Shown here: in pieces, positions 36,691 through 49,675 of the stretch
How the letters are laid out: the number at the start of each line of letters is the position of its first letter
Numbering within the stretch: the stretch's first letter is position 1
Assembly: GCA_964016885.1 (NCBI GenBank)
Contig: OZ024762.1
Coordinates: 5,766,001 to 5,830,000, forward strand
Source: Eledone cirrhosa
Lineage: Eukaryota
Direction of reading: 5' to 3'
DNA: 64,000 nucleotides
Program-made: the position numbers and the translations under genes
Notes under the pieces: generated by a model
Seen by the model: the letters and a program-made list of their open reading frames with translations, nothing else
Databases searched by the model: none
What the model was told of the DNA's origin: nothing

Positions 36691-36865
36691 GTGGTAAGTT
36701 AGTTCACCATACTGAGAACAATTGTTTCACCTTAGCGGGTCCTCAGCTCATAATGACTATTACAAGCTGAGGATCCGCTAAGGTGAAACAATTGTTCTCG
36801 GTACGGTGAACTAACTGTTGTGTTACCACTTCTACCTAACTCGTCCCATGGACTGAGTGCTCTAC

Positions 36866-36905
<40 letters not shown>

Positions 36906-37002
36906 GTGCTTATATATATACACATATGTGTATACACACACACATATATATATATAAATGAAAATATAAAAATTATTGTGAGCTAGAAGCCAACAGTATT
37001 TC

Positions 37003-37048
<46 letters not shown>

Positions 37049-37568
37049 CATAAGTATAAAGTTAACTGATGAGAGATTGCCAGTGAATAATATTTAAGTT
37101 AAATGCGTTTATAGATAGAAAAATGGCATATTTAACATGGACCATATAGAAGAAATTTAGATAACAGATAAGAGTTTAAGAACTCTTATCTCTCTCTCTA
37201 TATATATATCATCATCATCATCATTTTACGTCCGCTTTTCCCTGCTTGCAAGGATATATATATATATATCATCATCATCACCTCTAACATAAGTGGTGAC
37301 ATCTGTCCTGCTGACTCATGCCACTTTATTAAAGTCCAAAAGCACCAAGCCGATTTTCTCCATGTGGAAGGAGAAATACTAATTGCATCAGAGTATGCGA
37401 TTCATTTTCTTTAAATATTGTCCAGGCATGCAGTTTTTCCACGATTAGGTCTGTTGGCAGCCCGCGTTCCAAAATACCTTATCCCGTGCAATGCCGGGTA
37501 CCACTGCTAGTATGTGTGTGTGTGTGTGTGTATGTATGTGTATATATATATATATAAAAGCTACTTAC

Positions 37569-37623
37569 CGCTTCTTCATTAGGAGTATTCCTGTCACCAT
37601 CTGGCTCAGGTGTCTGACGTCTT
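37569..37623 (-). CDS. EGF ligand coding exon 5 (cytoplasmic; KRRQTPEPDGDRNTPNEEA)
   Basis: tttag acceptor, gtaagt donor, phase 2 to 0. Gives a basic stop-transfer HKRR right after the TM helix. Confidence 0.75.
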
Positions 37624-38062
37624 CTAAACGAAAGACATTAGATATCATGAGATATTGTATGGTATTAGTAACATACACACACATTATATATAGATATATA
37701 GATATATAGATATAGTTAATACGAAGCATTCTGAGATATATTATCCTCTTTTCAAATGTGAAATGGAAACAAAAGCAAAAACGAACGATTGATGTGTTCA
37801 TCAATAGTTCATTTTTGTTTTGAGCCATTTCCATTTCACATTTGAAAAGAGGGGTATTAACCCTGAAATATCATGTTGAAATATACTGGGTAAAAACATT
37901 ATTATGTTTTGGTTTATTTGTCACCCTTTGCCCTTTATATATTTCTACCACATTGTACTGGCTTTCTGAAACTTTGTCATTTATTATATATCTCACAATA
38001 CTTCATATTAACTATACTATTATATATATAATACTATACTATTATATATATATATAATATTA

Positions 38063-38095
<33 letters not shown>

Positions 38096-38275
38096 GTATA
38101 GTATTATATATATTATATATATATATATATATATAGTATAGTATTATATATATATATATAATACTATACTATTATATATATATATATATAATACTATTAT
38201 ATATATATATATATATATATATAAAGTACCAGTAATGCACTGGGTAATTGCTGGCCTTGTGCCTAAAGTAGAAAC

Positions 38276-38323
<48 letters not shown>

Positions 38324-38534
38324 GAGTTAAACAAGATTCAATGAGTATATCAAAGAATGAGTTTTACAGTAGATTGGAAGCACTCTACGGTAAATAATTT
38401 TCCGGAGTTATTAATATTAAAATACAAATATTAATAAAATAGATGTTCTTTTGATCAATTACATTTTATTATACATATTATCACTACCTTGATTAAATCT
38501 TAACCATTTAACATCTCAGGGTATGTCATGTATC

Positions 38535-38598
38535 ATTATATTTTGTCTGATGAGGACGTACTGTTGTACATCCGAAATATGTATAATAAAATGTAATT
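38535..38598 (+). ncRNA. Minimal type-I hammerhead ribozyme motif (Penelope-like)
   Basis: ATTATATTTTGT-CTGATGA-GGACGTAC tgtt GTACATCC-GAAA-TATGTA-TA-ATAAAATGTAAT: intact core, stem II with one mismatch, stem I closed with G-U pairs. Confidence 0.72.
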
Positions 38599-39393
38599 GA
38601 TCAAAAGAACATCTATTTTATTGATATTTGTATTTTAATATATATATACATATACATTATTTATATATATATATATATACATACATACATATATATATAT
38701 ATATTTATATATATATATATATATTATTTATATATATACATATATTATTTATATATATATATACATATATATATACATTTCTTTAAAAAATAAATATATA
38801 TATATATATATATATATTTTTTAAAAAGTAAACAGAAAACAAAAAAAAAAAAAACGAAAGGGCAGTACAATGTTATTATTAGTTTTATATATATATATAT
38901 AAGCATATAGTCAATATTCCCCCACACCCTCCCACTGCAAAGTGGTCATGGAGGGGCCATGGCAAAAAAGCACCCAGCCCACACTGTAAAGTGGACGTGT
39001 AGGCGCCACGGAAAAAAAGCACCCAGCACTCAGTGTAAATGAGGTTGGCGCTAGGAAGGGCATCCAGCTGTAGAAATCAAGCCAGAATCAGTTCGCGTAT
39101 GAGCAAGAAAAGGTCAGCTGACTGGACACTGCCCACAACAGAACAACCTGTCTAACCCATGCATCTTATTGTTGGCACCGGAATAGGGAGGTTGTCTTGA
39201 CACAACTGAGGAGTCCTATCAATAATTTGTTTGGCATGGCCCCTACATCTAGATGCTCTTTCTAACAGTGACCACATTACAGAGTGTACTGGGTGTATTT
39301 TATTGTGTGGAACCAGTAATAACAACAACAACCAACAACAATAGCAACAACCCATAACAGTAACAACAATAACAACAACTGGTCAATACTTAC

Positions 39394-39496
39394 TTATGAT
39401 ATACAAAAATGACACCCATAACTAGGAGTAAAATCAATATACAGGAAGTGATGCCAGCAGCTATCCCAGCAATCCTTAGTCTATCTTCGGATGTAG
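39394..39496 (-). CDS. EGF ligand coding exon 4 (juxtamembrane + transmembrane helix)
   Basis: (A)TSEDRLRIAGIAAGITSCILILLLVMGVIFVYH(K). Acceptor ctcttctag, donor gtaagt; phases 1 to 2 fit both neighbours. Not in the ORF track. Confidence 0.85.
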
Positions 39497-39727
39497 CTAG
39501 AAGAGACAGACAAGAATAATTGTAAGAAAACATTAGAATCTGTTATATTTATGCTGTTAAATAATAATAATGAAATTATTGTGTACAGTGCTCAGGTGCA
39601 ATACAACTCGTCAAAGGTGCATGTATAGTACATAAAATAATTGTTTCTACTTTTTGGCACAAGCCCAGCAATTATCCCAGTGTATTACTGGTACTTTATT
39701 TTATCTACCCCGTAAGGATGAAAGGCA

Positions 39728-40021
39728 GATTGCAGGCAAGATCTATAGTGTTCAGCATATGTCCTTTTTATCTCAAGGTACAGCTTGATGTCATCTGCAT
39801 ATTTCAGTACTGTGGCATTCTTTAAGTTGGCATCTATGTCATTAATATATGCCACAAACAAAAGAGGGCCAAGAACAGATCCCTGTGGTACACCAGATGA
39901 CATCTCATATGGTGAGGAATGCTGTCCCAGAACCGTGACTACCTCTCTTCGGCTGAGAATGAAGGACTTCAGCCAGTTAAAAAGATCATCCTTTACACCC
40001 ATTGCAGAGAGTTTTGCCATA
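39728..40021 (-). mobile_element. CR1/L2-group LINE reverse transcriptase fragment
   Basis: [15 protein letters not shown]...[22 protein letters not shown]...KYADDIKLY. Confidence 0.88.
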
Positions 40022-40023
40022 AG

Positions 40024-40530
<507 letters not shown>

Positions 40531-40534
40531 GTAG

Positions 40535-40805
40535 AAGTAATAATGGCAGGGTTTGTTGGGGCTGGTAAGGGCTAGAAGAAAAGTAGTAGTAGTAGTAGTA
40601 ATGGCAGAGTTTGTTGGGGCTGGTAAGGGCTAGAAGAAAAGTAGTAGTAGTAGTAGTAATGGCAGAGTTTGTTGGGGTTGGTAAGGGCTAGAAGAAAAGT
40701 AGTAGTAGTAGTAGTAGTAATGGCAGAGTTTGTTGGGGTTGGTAAGGGCTAGAAGAAAAGTAGTAGTAGTAGTAGTAATGGCAGAGTTTGTTGGGGCTGG
40801 TAATG
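40535..40805 (+). repeat. ~60-bp minisatellite with internal (AGT)n
   Basis: GGGCTAGAAGAAAAG(TAG)nTAATGGCAGAGTTTGTTGGGGCTGGTAA, about 4.5 copies. Confidence 0.88.
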
Positions 40806-41164
40806 GGTGGGGGGAATATGCTGAGGTTTGATTGGTCGAATAGGCTAAGGTGGTGTGAGGGGGTGGGCAGGAGGGAAATTGTGAGATAGGTAGCCATTAT
40901 GGCTTATAGCATCCCAGGAGATTTGGGTGAAATAATAATCAGATGCAAGTACGCGTATTAGACAAGGTGAATATGCGAGGATTTCGAAGATGTTCATTTA
41001 GCTTCATGAACCTCGAAAAAGAGAGAGGTAGGAAGGTAGTATACATACATATATGTGTGCATATGTATGTATGTGTACTAGGTGATTCAGTAGATGTGTG
41101 GTTTACTGATTGCGCTCAGTTACGAAAGTTTCACAAATAGGTGTATCATAATCTATATTTGTGT

Positions 41165-41555
41165 TGCACATGGCTTAGTGGTCAGAGCATTGGGCTTGCA
41201 ATCGAAAGATTGTGAGTTCAATTCTCGGACTGGGTGATGTGTTGTTTCCTTGAGCAAGACACTTTATTTCACATTGCTCCAGCTTACTCAGCTGTAAAAA
41301 TGATATGATTGGGACTAGGGTCCATATCATTCCACCGCAAAGTGGTCGTGGAGGCGCCACGGAAAAAAAAGCACCCAGCACTCACTGTAAATGAGGTTGG
41401 TGTTAGGAAGGGCATCCAGCTGTAGAAGTCAAGCCAGAATCAGTTCCCGTATGAGCAGGGAAAAGGTCAGCTGACTGGACACTGCCCACAACAGAACAAC
41501 CTGTCTAACCCATGCTAGCGTGGAAGAACGGACGTAAAACGATGATGATGATGAT
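41165..41555 (+). mobile_element. SINE family B copy with a different 3' tail
   Basis: Same head and core; tail reads AACCCATGCTAGCGTGGAAGAACGGACGTAAAACGATGATG. Confidence 0.8.
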
Positions 41556-42570
41556 GCTATTATGGAGCCACCCAATATGTGTGTGTATATATATATATCC
41601 ACAAATATATACATATATATACATAAATATATGTGTATATCCATACATACATATATATATGCATATACCATATATCTAAATCCATACACTCGCATACATA
41701 TATAGTAACTTTAATCAACCAAAATTATAATTAAAAGAAATATACAAGTACAACAATAACAACAGCAAATCAATAAAAAGAAAAAGAAAAAGAAAATCAA
41801 GGAATCAAAGTAATAAGTAATATAAAAATATATATAAAACAAGAAAATGTATAAAACAAGAAAACATATAAAACAAGAAAACATATATAATAAAAAAAAA
41901 ACACATATATAAGACACTATATATAAAATAAGAAAATATATATAAAATAAGAAAATATATATAAAATGTGGATTAATTTAACAATTTGTTTTGGTTAAAT
42001 TAGGAAAATGTTTAGATTTTACTGAAATGAACAAATTAATAATAATAGTTTCTATTATTGGCACAAGGCCAGCAATTTGATGGGGTGGGAGGAAGTTCAC
42101 TAAACAATTTATACCAGTGTATTACTGGTAATATAGAAATATATGCGCACACACATATATAGACAGGCACACATATATATACATAAATGGAAGCATATAG
42201 ACAATATGCCTGCACACCCTCCCACTGTAAAGTGGTCGTGGAGGTGTCAGGACAATAAAGCACCCAGTCCACACTCTAAAGTGGTCGTGTGGGCGTCATG
42301 GTAAAAAAGCACCCGATCCTCACTGTAAATGAGGTTGGTGTTAGGAAGGGCATCCAGCTGTAGAAATCAAGCTAGAATCAGTTCCCGGGCACTTCCCACG
42401 ACAGGACAATCTGTCTGACCCATGCTAGCGTGGAAGAACGGATGTAAAACAATGATGATGATGGTGAAACATGCACATATATACTCACACACACACACAC
42501 ACATATATATATATAGACAAATACACACATATATATATATCTAGACAGATAAGTACATGCATATATACAT

Positions 42571-42601
<31 letters not shown>

Positions 42602-43027
42602 GACAGACAAGTACACACATATATACATACACACACTCACGCACGCACACATATATATATAGACAAGTACACATATATACATACACACACACACACATAT
42701 ATATATATATAGACAGACAAGTACACACATATATACATACACACACACGCACACACACATATACATACATATATATATATATAGACAGACAAGTACACAC
42801 ATATATACACACACACGCACACACATATATAGACAAGTACACATATATACATACACAGACACACATATATATATATATAGACAGACAAGTACACACATAT
42901 ATACATACACATACACACATATATACATACACATACACACACACACACACATATATATATAGACAGACAAGTACACACACACATACATACACATGAGAGA
43001 TCTTAAGAAGTTATAACAAATTTTTTG

Positions 43028-43303
43028 TTATTTTATCGACCCCGTAAGGATGAAAGGCAAAGCTGACCTCGGCGGGATTTGAACTCAGAGTGTAAAGGGC
43101 CGTAACTATATGTTGCAAATTAATAATTGCTTCTTATATAGGCACAAGGCCAGCAATTTTTGAGGGAGGAGAAAGTCGATTAAATCAACCCCAGTGCGTG
43201 ACTGGTACTTTATTTTATCGACCCCGTAAGGATGAAAGGCAAAGTTAACCTCGGCGGGATTTGAACTCAGAGTGTAAAGGGCCGTAACTATATTTCGCAA
43301 ATC

Positions 43304-43336
<33 letters not shown>

Positions 43337-44440
43337 TCTTTTAATATTGACACAAGGCCAGCATTTTGTGGCGAAGGGGAAGTCATTTATATTGACCCCA
43401 GCACTTAACTGGTACTTTATTTCATCAAACCCATGAGGATGAAAAGCAAAGTTAAGCCTGGTGGGATTTGAACTCAGATCCTAGAAACTCGTAACTCAAT
43501 TGTGCAAAGTATATTGTCCAATGATTGATACTGCCAATCTGCAGTCCGCAAATTAATAATAATTGTCTCTACTTTTGGCACAAGGCCAGCAATTATCCCA
43601 GTGTATTACTGGTACTTTATTTTATCGACCCCGTAAGGATGAAAGGCAAAGTTAACCTTGGCGGGATTTGAACTCAGATCGTAAAGGGACGTAACTATGC
43701 TGCAAAGTATGGCGTCCGACCCCTTACCGATACTGCCAATCTACCGCCCCTCAAAAATAGTTTCTTCTATAGGCACAAGGCCAGCAATTTTTGGGGTGGG
43801 GGAAAGTCGATTAAAATCAACCCCAGTGCATGACTGGTACTTTATTTTATCAACCCCGTAAGAATGAAAGGCAAAGCTAACTTCAGCAGAATTTGAAATC
43901 AGAATGTAAAGGACCATAACTCCATGCCATGAACCATGTTACCCTACGCTCTTCTGATTCTGCTAATCCACTGCCATATTAATATATGATCCGCTCATTA
44001 ATTATATTCAAGATCATGTCCTAAGGAGGGCAAGTGAAATAAGGAGTTGTGGTGAAGAAGTGGTTTGAATAAAAAAGGGGTTAGTGAATACCGATTAGTT
44101 TTTCCAACATGTTTCATAATACTATTATTATTATCATTATTTTTATTAAGCACAAGGCCAACAGTTGGGGGGAAGTCGATTAAATTGTCCCAGTGCATTA
44201 CTGGTACTTTATTTTATAAACAGGCGGTGGATTGGCAGTATTGGTAGAAAATTGGAAAACATACTTTATGGTATAGAGTTATGTCCCTTTACATTATGAG
44301 TTTATATCCTGCGGAAGTTAGCTTTGTCTTTCTTCCTTACGGGGTTGATGAAATAAAGTACCAGTAATGCACTGGGGTTGATTTAATTGTCTTTCCCTTC
44401 CCCGAAAATTGTTGGCCTTATGCCTAAATCAGAAACGATT
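43028..44440. mobile_element. Cluster of SINE family A copies
   Basis: Six or more full or partial copies on the - strand and one on the + strand (44222-44440). Confidence 0.75.
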
Positions 44441-44606
44441 ATTATTATTATTATTATTGTTGTTACATTCATCTTCATTGTTTTGTTTGTTTCTTCCAAT
44501 GCTTACGTACGGCTTTGTCTGGCGGCAGGCAATGGTGGCTTTCTCTGATACTCAGAGATCTCTGGCAAATGGAAGAGTATATGTCTTGATTGGAGGTATA
44601 CAGTGT

Positions 44607-44637
<31 letters not shown>

Positions 44638-44768
44638 TATATATTTATACATACACACACATATATATATATACACACACACATATATACACACATACAC
44701 ACACACACATATATACACACATACACACACACACACATATATATATATACACACACACACACATATAT

Positions 44769-44823
<55 letters not shown>

Positions 44824-44899
44824 TACACACACACACACATATATTCATCATCATCATCGTCTAACGTCCATCTTCCACTATATATATATATATATATAT

Positions 44900-45231
44900 C
44901 ATCATCATTCTTTTACGTCCACTTTTCCCTGCTTGCAAGAGTGGGACGGCAACTGATTCTGGCTTGATTTCTACAGCTGGATGCCCTTCCTAACACCAAC
45001 CTCATTTACAGTGAGTGCTGGGTGCTTTTTTGCCGTGGTACCTCCACGACCACTTTGCAGTGGAATGATAGGGACCCCAGTCCTTATCTCATTTCTACAG
45101 CTGAGTGAACTGGAGCTATGAGAAATAAAGTGTCTTGCTCAAGGAAACAACACATCACCCGGTCTGAGAATTGAACTCACAACCTTTCAGTTGTAAGGCC
45201 TATGCTCTAACCACTAAGCCATGTGCCTCCA
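44900..45231 (-). mobile_element. SINE family B copy
   Basis: Reverse complement of the 5114-5465 element. Confidence 0.82.
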
Positions 45232-45957
45232 TATATACTCACAATAATACAAAATAAGCAGGCTCACTATATACACTAGAGTGTCATGCATTCTATATGC
45301 TACTCATTAGATAATACATCAGTAAAGATGTGTGCATGTGCATTCATACATATACATGTGATTTCTTTTCAATGAAACAGTTCTAGTCCTGTAGAAGCCA
45401 TGTCTATAATATATTAAACTTGATGTTTACCAGTCTATTAATGTATTGAGTACCTTACTGTGATTACTCCCAGTGAACCTGGGACTCACAGACACACACA
45501 CACACATATGTGCGTGTATGTATGTATATATATATATCATCATCATCATCTTCGTATAACGTCCTTCTTCCATGCTAGCATGGGTTAGAGGGGAGTTGTC
45601 CCACTTGAGGCAAGGTTGGTCAGGTGACCGTGTCTTGCTCATATAGGACTGTCTGGCAGGTTTTCTACGGCTGGATGCCCTTCCTAACACCAACCACATT
45701 TACAGTGTGGAACTGGGAACTTTTTACCGTGTTACCTACACACACATATATATATAACAGCGTGGTGGTAGTAGGCGTACTACATATATAGCCCCCTCAC
45801 CTAACCGGCAATACGAAATTGATGAGAATCCCCACTCGAAGGTGGTCAGCCAAACTGGCCACAGCTGGCTCTTACAGCCTACGAGTCATAAACATTTTTC
45901 TGTTTTTTAGCCTCTTGGATTGTGTTTGCCATTATTCCTTTATCATATAACTTTTAT

Positions 45958-46027
45958 GCAATAAACACCTGATGATGTCACCAGGATCTTCTGGAACTTG
46001 GTCACTGAAATGTACATAGTTTTTGCT
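45958..46027 (+). ncRNA. Hammerhead-like motif with palindromic stem III
   Basis: AAACAC-CTGATGA-TGTCACCAGG...CTTGGTCACT-GAAA-TGTACA-TA-GTTTTTG; ATGTACAT is palindromic. Confidence 0.6.
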
Positions 46028-46244
46028 ATAATAAATCTTTGAAGGAATTTCACCAGCCTGGCCTCCTGTCATTTTACTGAATACTAATTAACTCCGTTCT
46101 CGCACCACCAACAAGATGCAACATCGAAGATGGATGAGTTGCATAATGTTGAGTGCTTTTCCTAATATTACATTATGGTTGACTATACGGAATGACCAAT
46201 TCTATCCAGTGGTGAACCAACGAACCTACATGAATATATATATC

Positions 46245-46580
46245 ATCATTTCATTTTACATCCGCTTTTTCCCTGCTTGCAAGGGTGGGACGGGAACTGA
46301 TTCTGGCTTGATTTCTACAGCTGGATGCCCTTCCTAACACCAACCTCATTTACAGTGAGTGCTGGATGCTTTTTTGCCGTGGCACCTCCACGACCATTTT
46401 GCAGTGGAATGATAGGGACCCCAGTCCCTATCATCTCATTTCTACAGCTGAGTAAACTGGAGCTATGAGAAATAAAGTGTCTTGCTCAAGGAAACAACAC
46501 ATCACCCGGTCTGAGAATTGAACTCACAACCTTTCAATTGCAAGCCCAATGCTCTAAACAATAAGCCATGTGCCTCCATC
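46245..46580 (-). mobile_element. SINE family B copy
   Basis: Reverse complement of the 5114-5465 element. Confidence 0.82.
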
Positions 46581-47220
46581 ATATATATATATATATATAA
46601 TGATAATAAAATAACATGTAAAAATGTATGATTAAATAATATTTTTTTTCTAATCAAGCCTTGTATGTTTTTCCTAACTCATATATAGTGGGGTGTAGTT
46701 TTGGGGGTAGGGCTACTTTTTGTGCTTCTTTTAATCATATTAAATCGACCCCCCACTCCCACCACCCACCACGCCACCCCACCACCACCTTTGCTGCCCA
46801 CCTACCATCTCTTGACAATCAATCTATTTTCAAAATTTGGCTCTCCATAGATTCCTGGCTATCATTCAAGCAATGAAAGTGCATCATCATCATCATCATC
46901 TATCGTATTATGGTTCAGTGCAACACAGAGAGAGATATTGAGAGAATGATAGAGCGATATAGAGGGGGTATGGAGGGAGAGAAGGAGAGAGAAACTAGTG
47001 TGTACTAAATGAGGAAATGGTGCTGAAGTGCTGTGAATGGGGAAGGTAGTGTGGCTTGACTCTCAATTAGGTTGGACTAGGCTAGACATGTCTTTCTTAC
47101 AAATATCAAGAAATACTTACTTGGATTAAGAAAAACTTACTGGGTAGCTATAGCAAACAACAACAACATCAACAACATCAGTAATAATAACAACAACAAC
47201 AACAACAGCAATTATAATTA

Positions 47221-47803
47221 TTATTTCTACTTTTGGCACAAGGCCAGCAATTATCCCAGTGCATTACTGGTACTTTATTTTATCGACCCCGTAAGGATGA
47301 AAGGCAAAGTTAACCTTGGCGGGATTTGAACTCAGATCATAAAGGGCCATAACTCTATGCTGCAAAGCATGTTGTCTGCCGCTCTACCGATACTGCCAAT
47401 TCACCACCCTAAATAATTATTTCTACTTTTGGCACAAGGCCAGCAATTATCCCAGTGCATTACTGGTACTTTATTTTATCGACCCCGTAAGGATGAAAGG
47501 CAAAGTTAACCTTGGCGGGATTTGAACTCAGATCATAAAGGGCCATAACTCTATGCTGCAAAGCATGTTGTCTGCCGCTCTACCGATACTGCCAATTCAC
47601 CACCCTAAATAATTATTTCTACTTTTGGCACAAGGCCAGCAATTATCCCAGTGCATTACTGGTACTTTATTTTATCGACCCCCGTAAGGTTGAAAGGCAA
47701 AGTTAACCTCGGCGGGATTTGAACTCAGACGATAAAGGGCCGTAACTCTATGCTGCAAAGCATGGCGTCCGATCCTCTACCGATACTGCCAATCCACCGC
47801 CCT
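47221..47803 (-). mobile_element. Head-to-tail trimer of SINE family A (period 196 bp)
   Basis: TTCTACTTTTGGCACAAGG recurs at 47225, 47421 and 47617. Confidence 0.88.
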
Positions 47804-49102
47804 AGTCATAATGTCCACTTGAACTTGTAACTTACTGTTTCTTGATGTCTCGGAGATTTTGAGTCAGTTCGTACAAACAACAAAATGCAGACAATAATTA
47901 TAAGTATTTGGTGGGAGGGGAAAGTTGACTAAATCGATCTCAGTGCATTACTGGTACTTCATTTTATCAACCCCGCAAGGTTGAAAGGTGAAGCTAACTT
48001 TGACGGAATTTGAAATCCGAATGTAAAGGGACATAACTCTACTGCTAAGCATTTAGTCAAAGCTCCAACAATGCTGCCAATCCATTCTAATTTAGGCACA
48101 AGGTCAACAGTTTTTTAATGGGGGGGGGGGTCAATTATATTGACGTCAGTACTTAACTGGTACTTTATTTTATCGTCCTTGGAAAAATGAATGACAAAGT
48201 TGACCTCGACAGGAATTGAACTCAGTATTTTAAGAGCCAGAACAAATTCTAAAATAGTATTTTATACGAAACTACCAATTCTTCTAATAATAAAAATAAT
48301 CGTTTTTGATTTAGGCACAAGGTCAACACTTATCTATCTGTTTTATGTCAAAACCTTCCATCATTATTTCATCTACGAACCTTTGTTAAGTTATGTTCCA
48401 AACATCACCTTAATAATGAGAAAGCTAGTCATATTACTAAATCTGTCCAATTTCTTGATTACTTTCGAGATAATTTGAAAACCATAGGCAGTATTTTTCA
48501 TTAGAAATATGGTGATGACGGTTTAAAAGTTTGTGTTTATCGAAAACCCTTCCATTATAAGGTGCCTAAGGGTGTTGGTCCCATGATCAATATAAAATCC
48601 ATGAGGAGACCTCACAATGCTAACTTCTACCAGAGAAAATGGCCTCAAAAGACTTGTGCTGGTCAACATTCTATTCCAAGTAAAACTTCATATGAGATAA
48701 CAAGAGATGTGTTTGGTAGAGGGGACCATTTGAAAAATATTTTGCTGTCTAGCTACTGCTGAAAAGATAGGCAATGGGCTTGTGACCCATCATAGGAGGT
48801 GTGGGAGAGAGACACTCAAAGGCTGTGTTTACAGAGACTCCAAACAGGGTCCAAAAAGGAGAAAAATATTAACAATTAATTAACAATGGAAGGGGAAAAG
48901 AAATATTAGAAAATAAAAATTTAAAAATTCAAAATAAAAAGCAATAAAATAGAAAAATAGGAAGCAAAATGGTGGAAAAATGTTCAAAACATTATTGCTT
49001 AATGGCACAGTATATGGAGGAAGTGATACCACACACACACACACATACATAACATGTATATGTTTGCAGGCACACATGTATTGTATGGAAGAGTCGACAG
49101 AG

Positions 49103-49148
<46 letters not shown>

Positions 49149-49261
49149 TTATGGAGGAGCTGACAGCATATATATATACATTACATGAAAGAGCCAGCAG
49201 AACAGATACACGTACACAAAAATACACACACATTATATGGAAGAACTGAGAAAGCAGACAT

Positions 49262-49675
49262 ACAGCTCAGGGCAAGCAATTGATCAGATCACAGCTCAAT
49301 ATAAGCAGTTGATCAGATCACAGTTCAATATAAGCAGTTGATCAGATCACAGCTCAATATAAGCAGTTGATCAGATCACAGCTCAATAGAAGCAGTTGAT
49401 CAGATCACAGCTCAATAGAAGCAGTTGATCAGATCACAGCTCAATATAAGCAGTTCATCAGATCTCAGCTAAGTATAAGCAGCTGACCTGATCGCAGCTG
49501 ACCTGATCACAGCTCAAGGCAAGCAGCTGCCTAGATCGCAGCTTAATGTAAATAGTTGACCAAATCATGGTTCAATGAAAGCATTTGACCAGATCACAGC
49601 TCAAGGAAAGCAGCTGCCTAGATCACAGCTCAATATGAGCAGTTGATCTAATCACAGCTCAAGATAAGCAACTGT
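49262..49675 (+). repeat. 29-bp minisatellite
   Basis: GATCAGATCACAGCTCAATATAAGCAGTT; homogeneous on the left, decaying to the right. Confidence 0.88.

Noticed and set aside
42378-42994. Long Cys/Val/Tyr-rich or His/Thr-rich ORFs (also 29850-30200, 44409-44967, 61364-61771, 62294-62826)
   Set aside because: Translations of (TG)n/(TA)n/(CA)n microsatellites, which lack stop codons; no coding signal.
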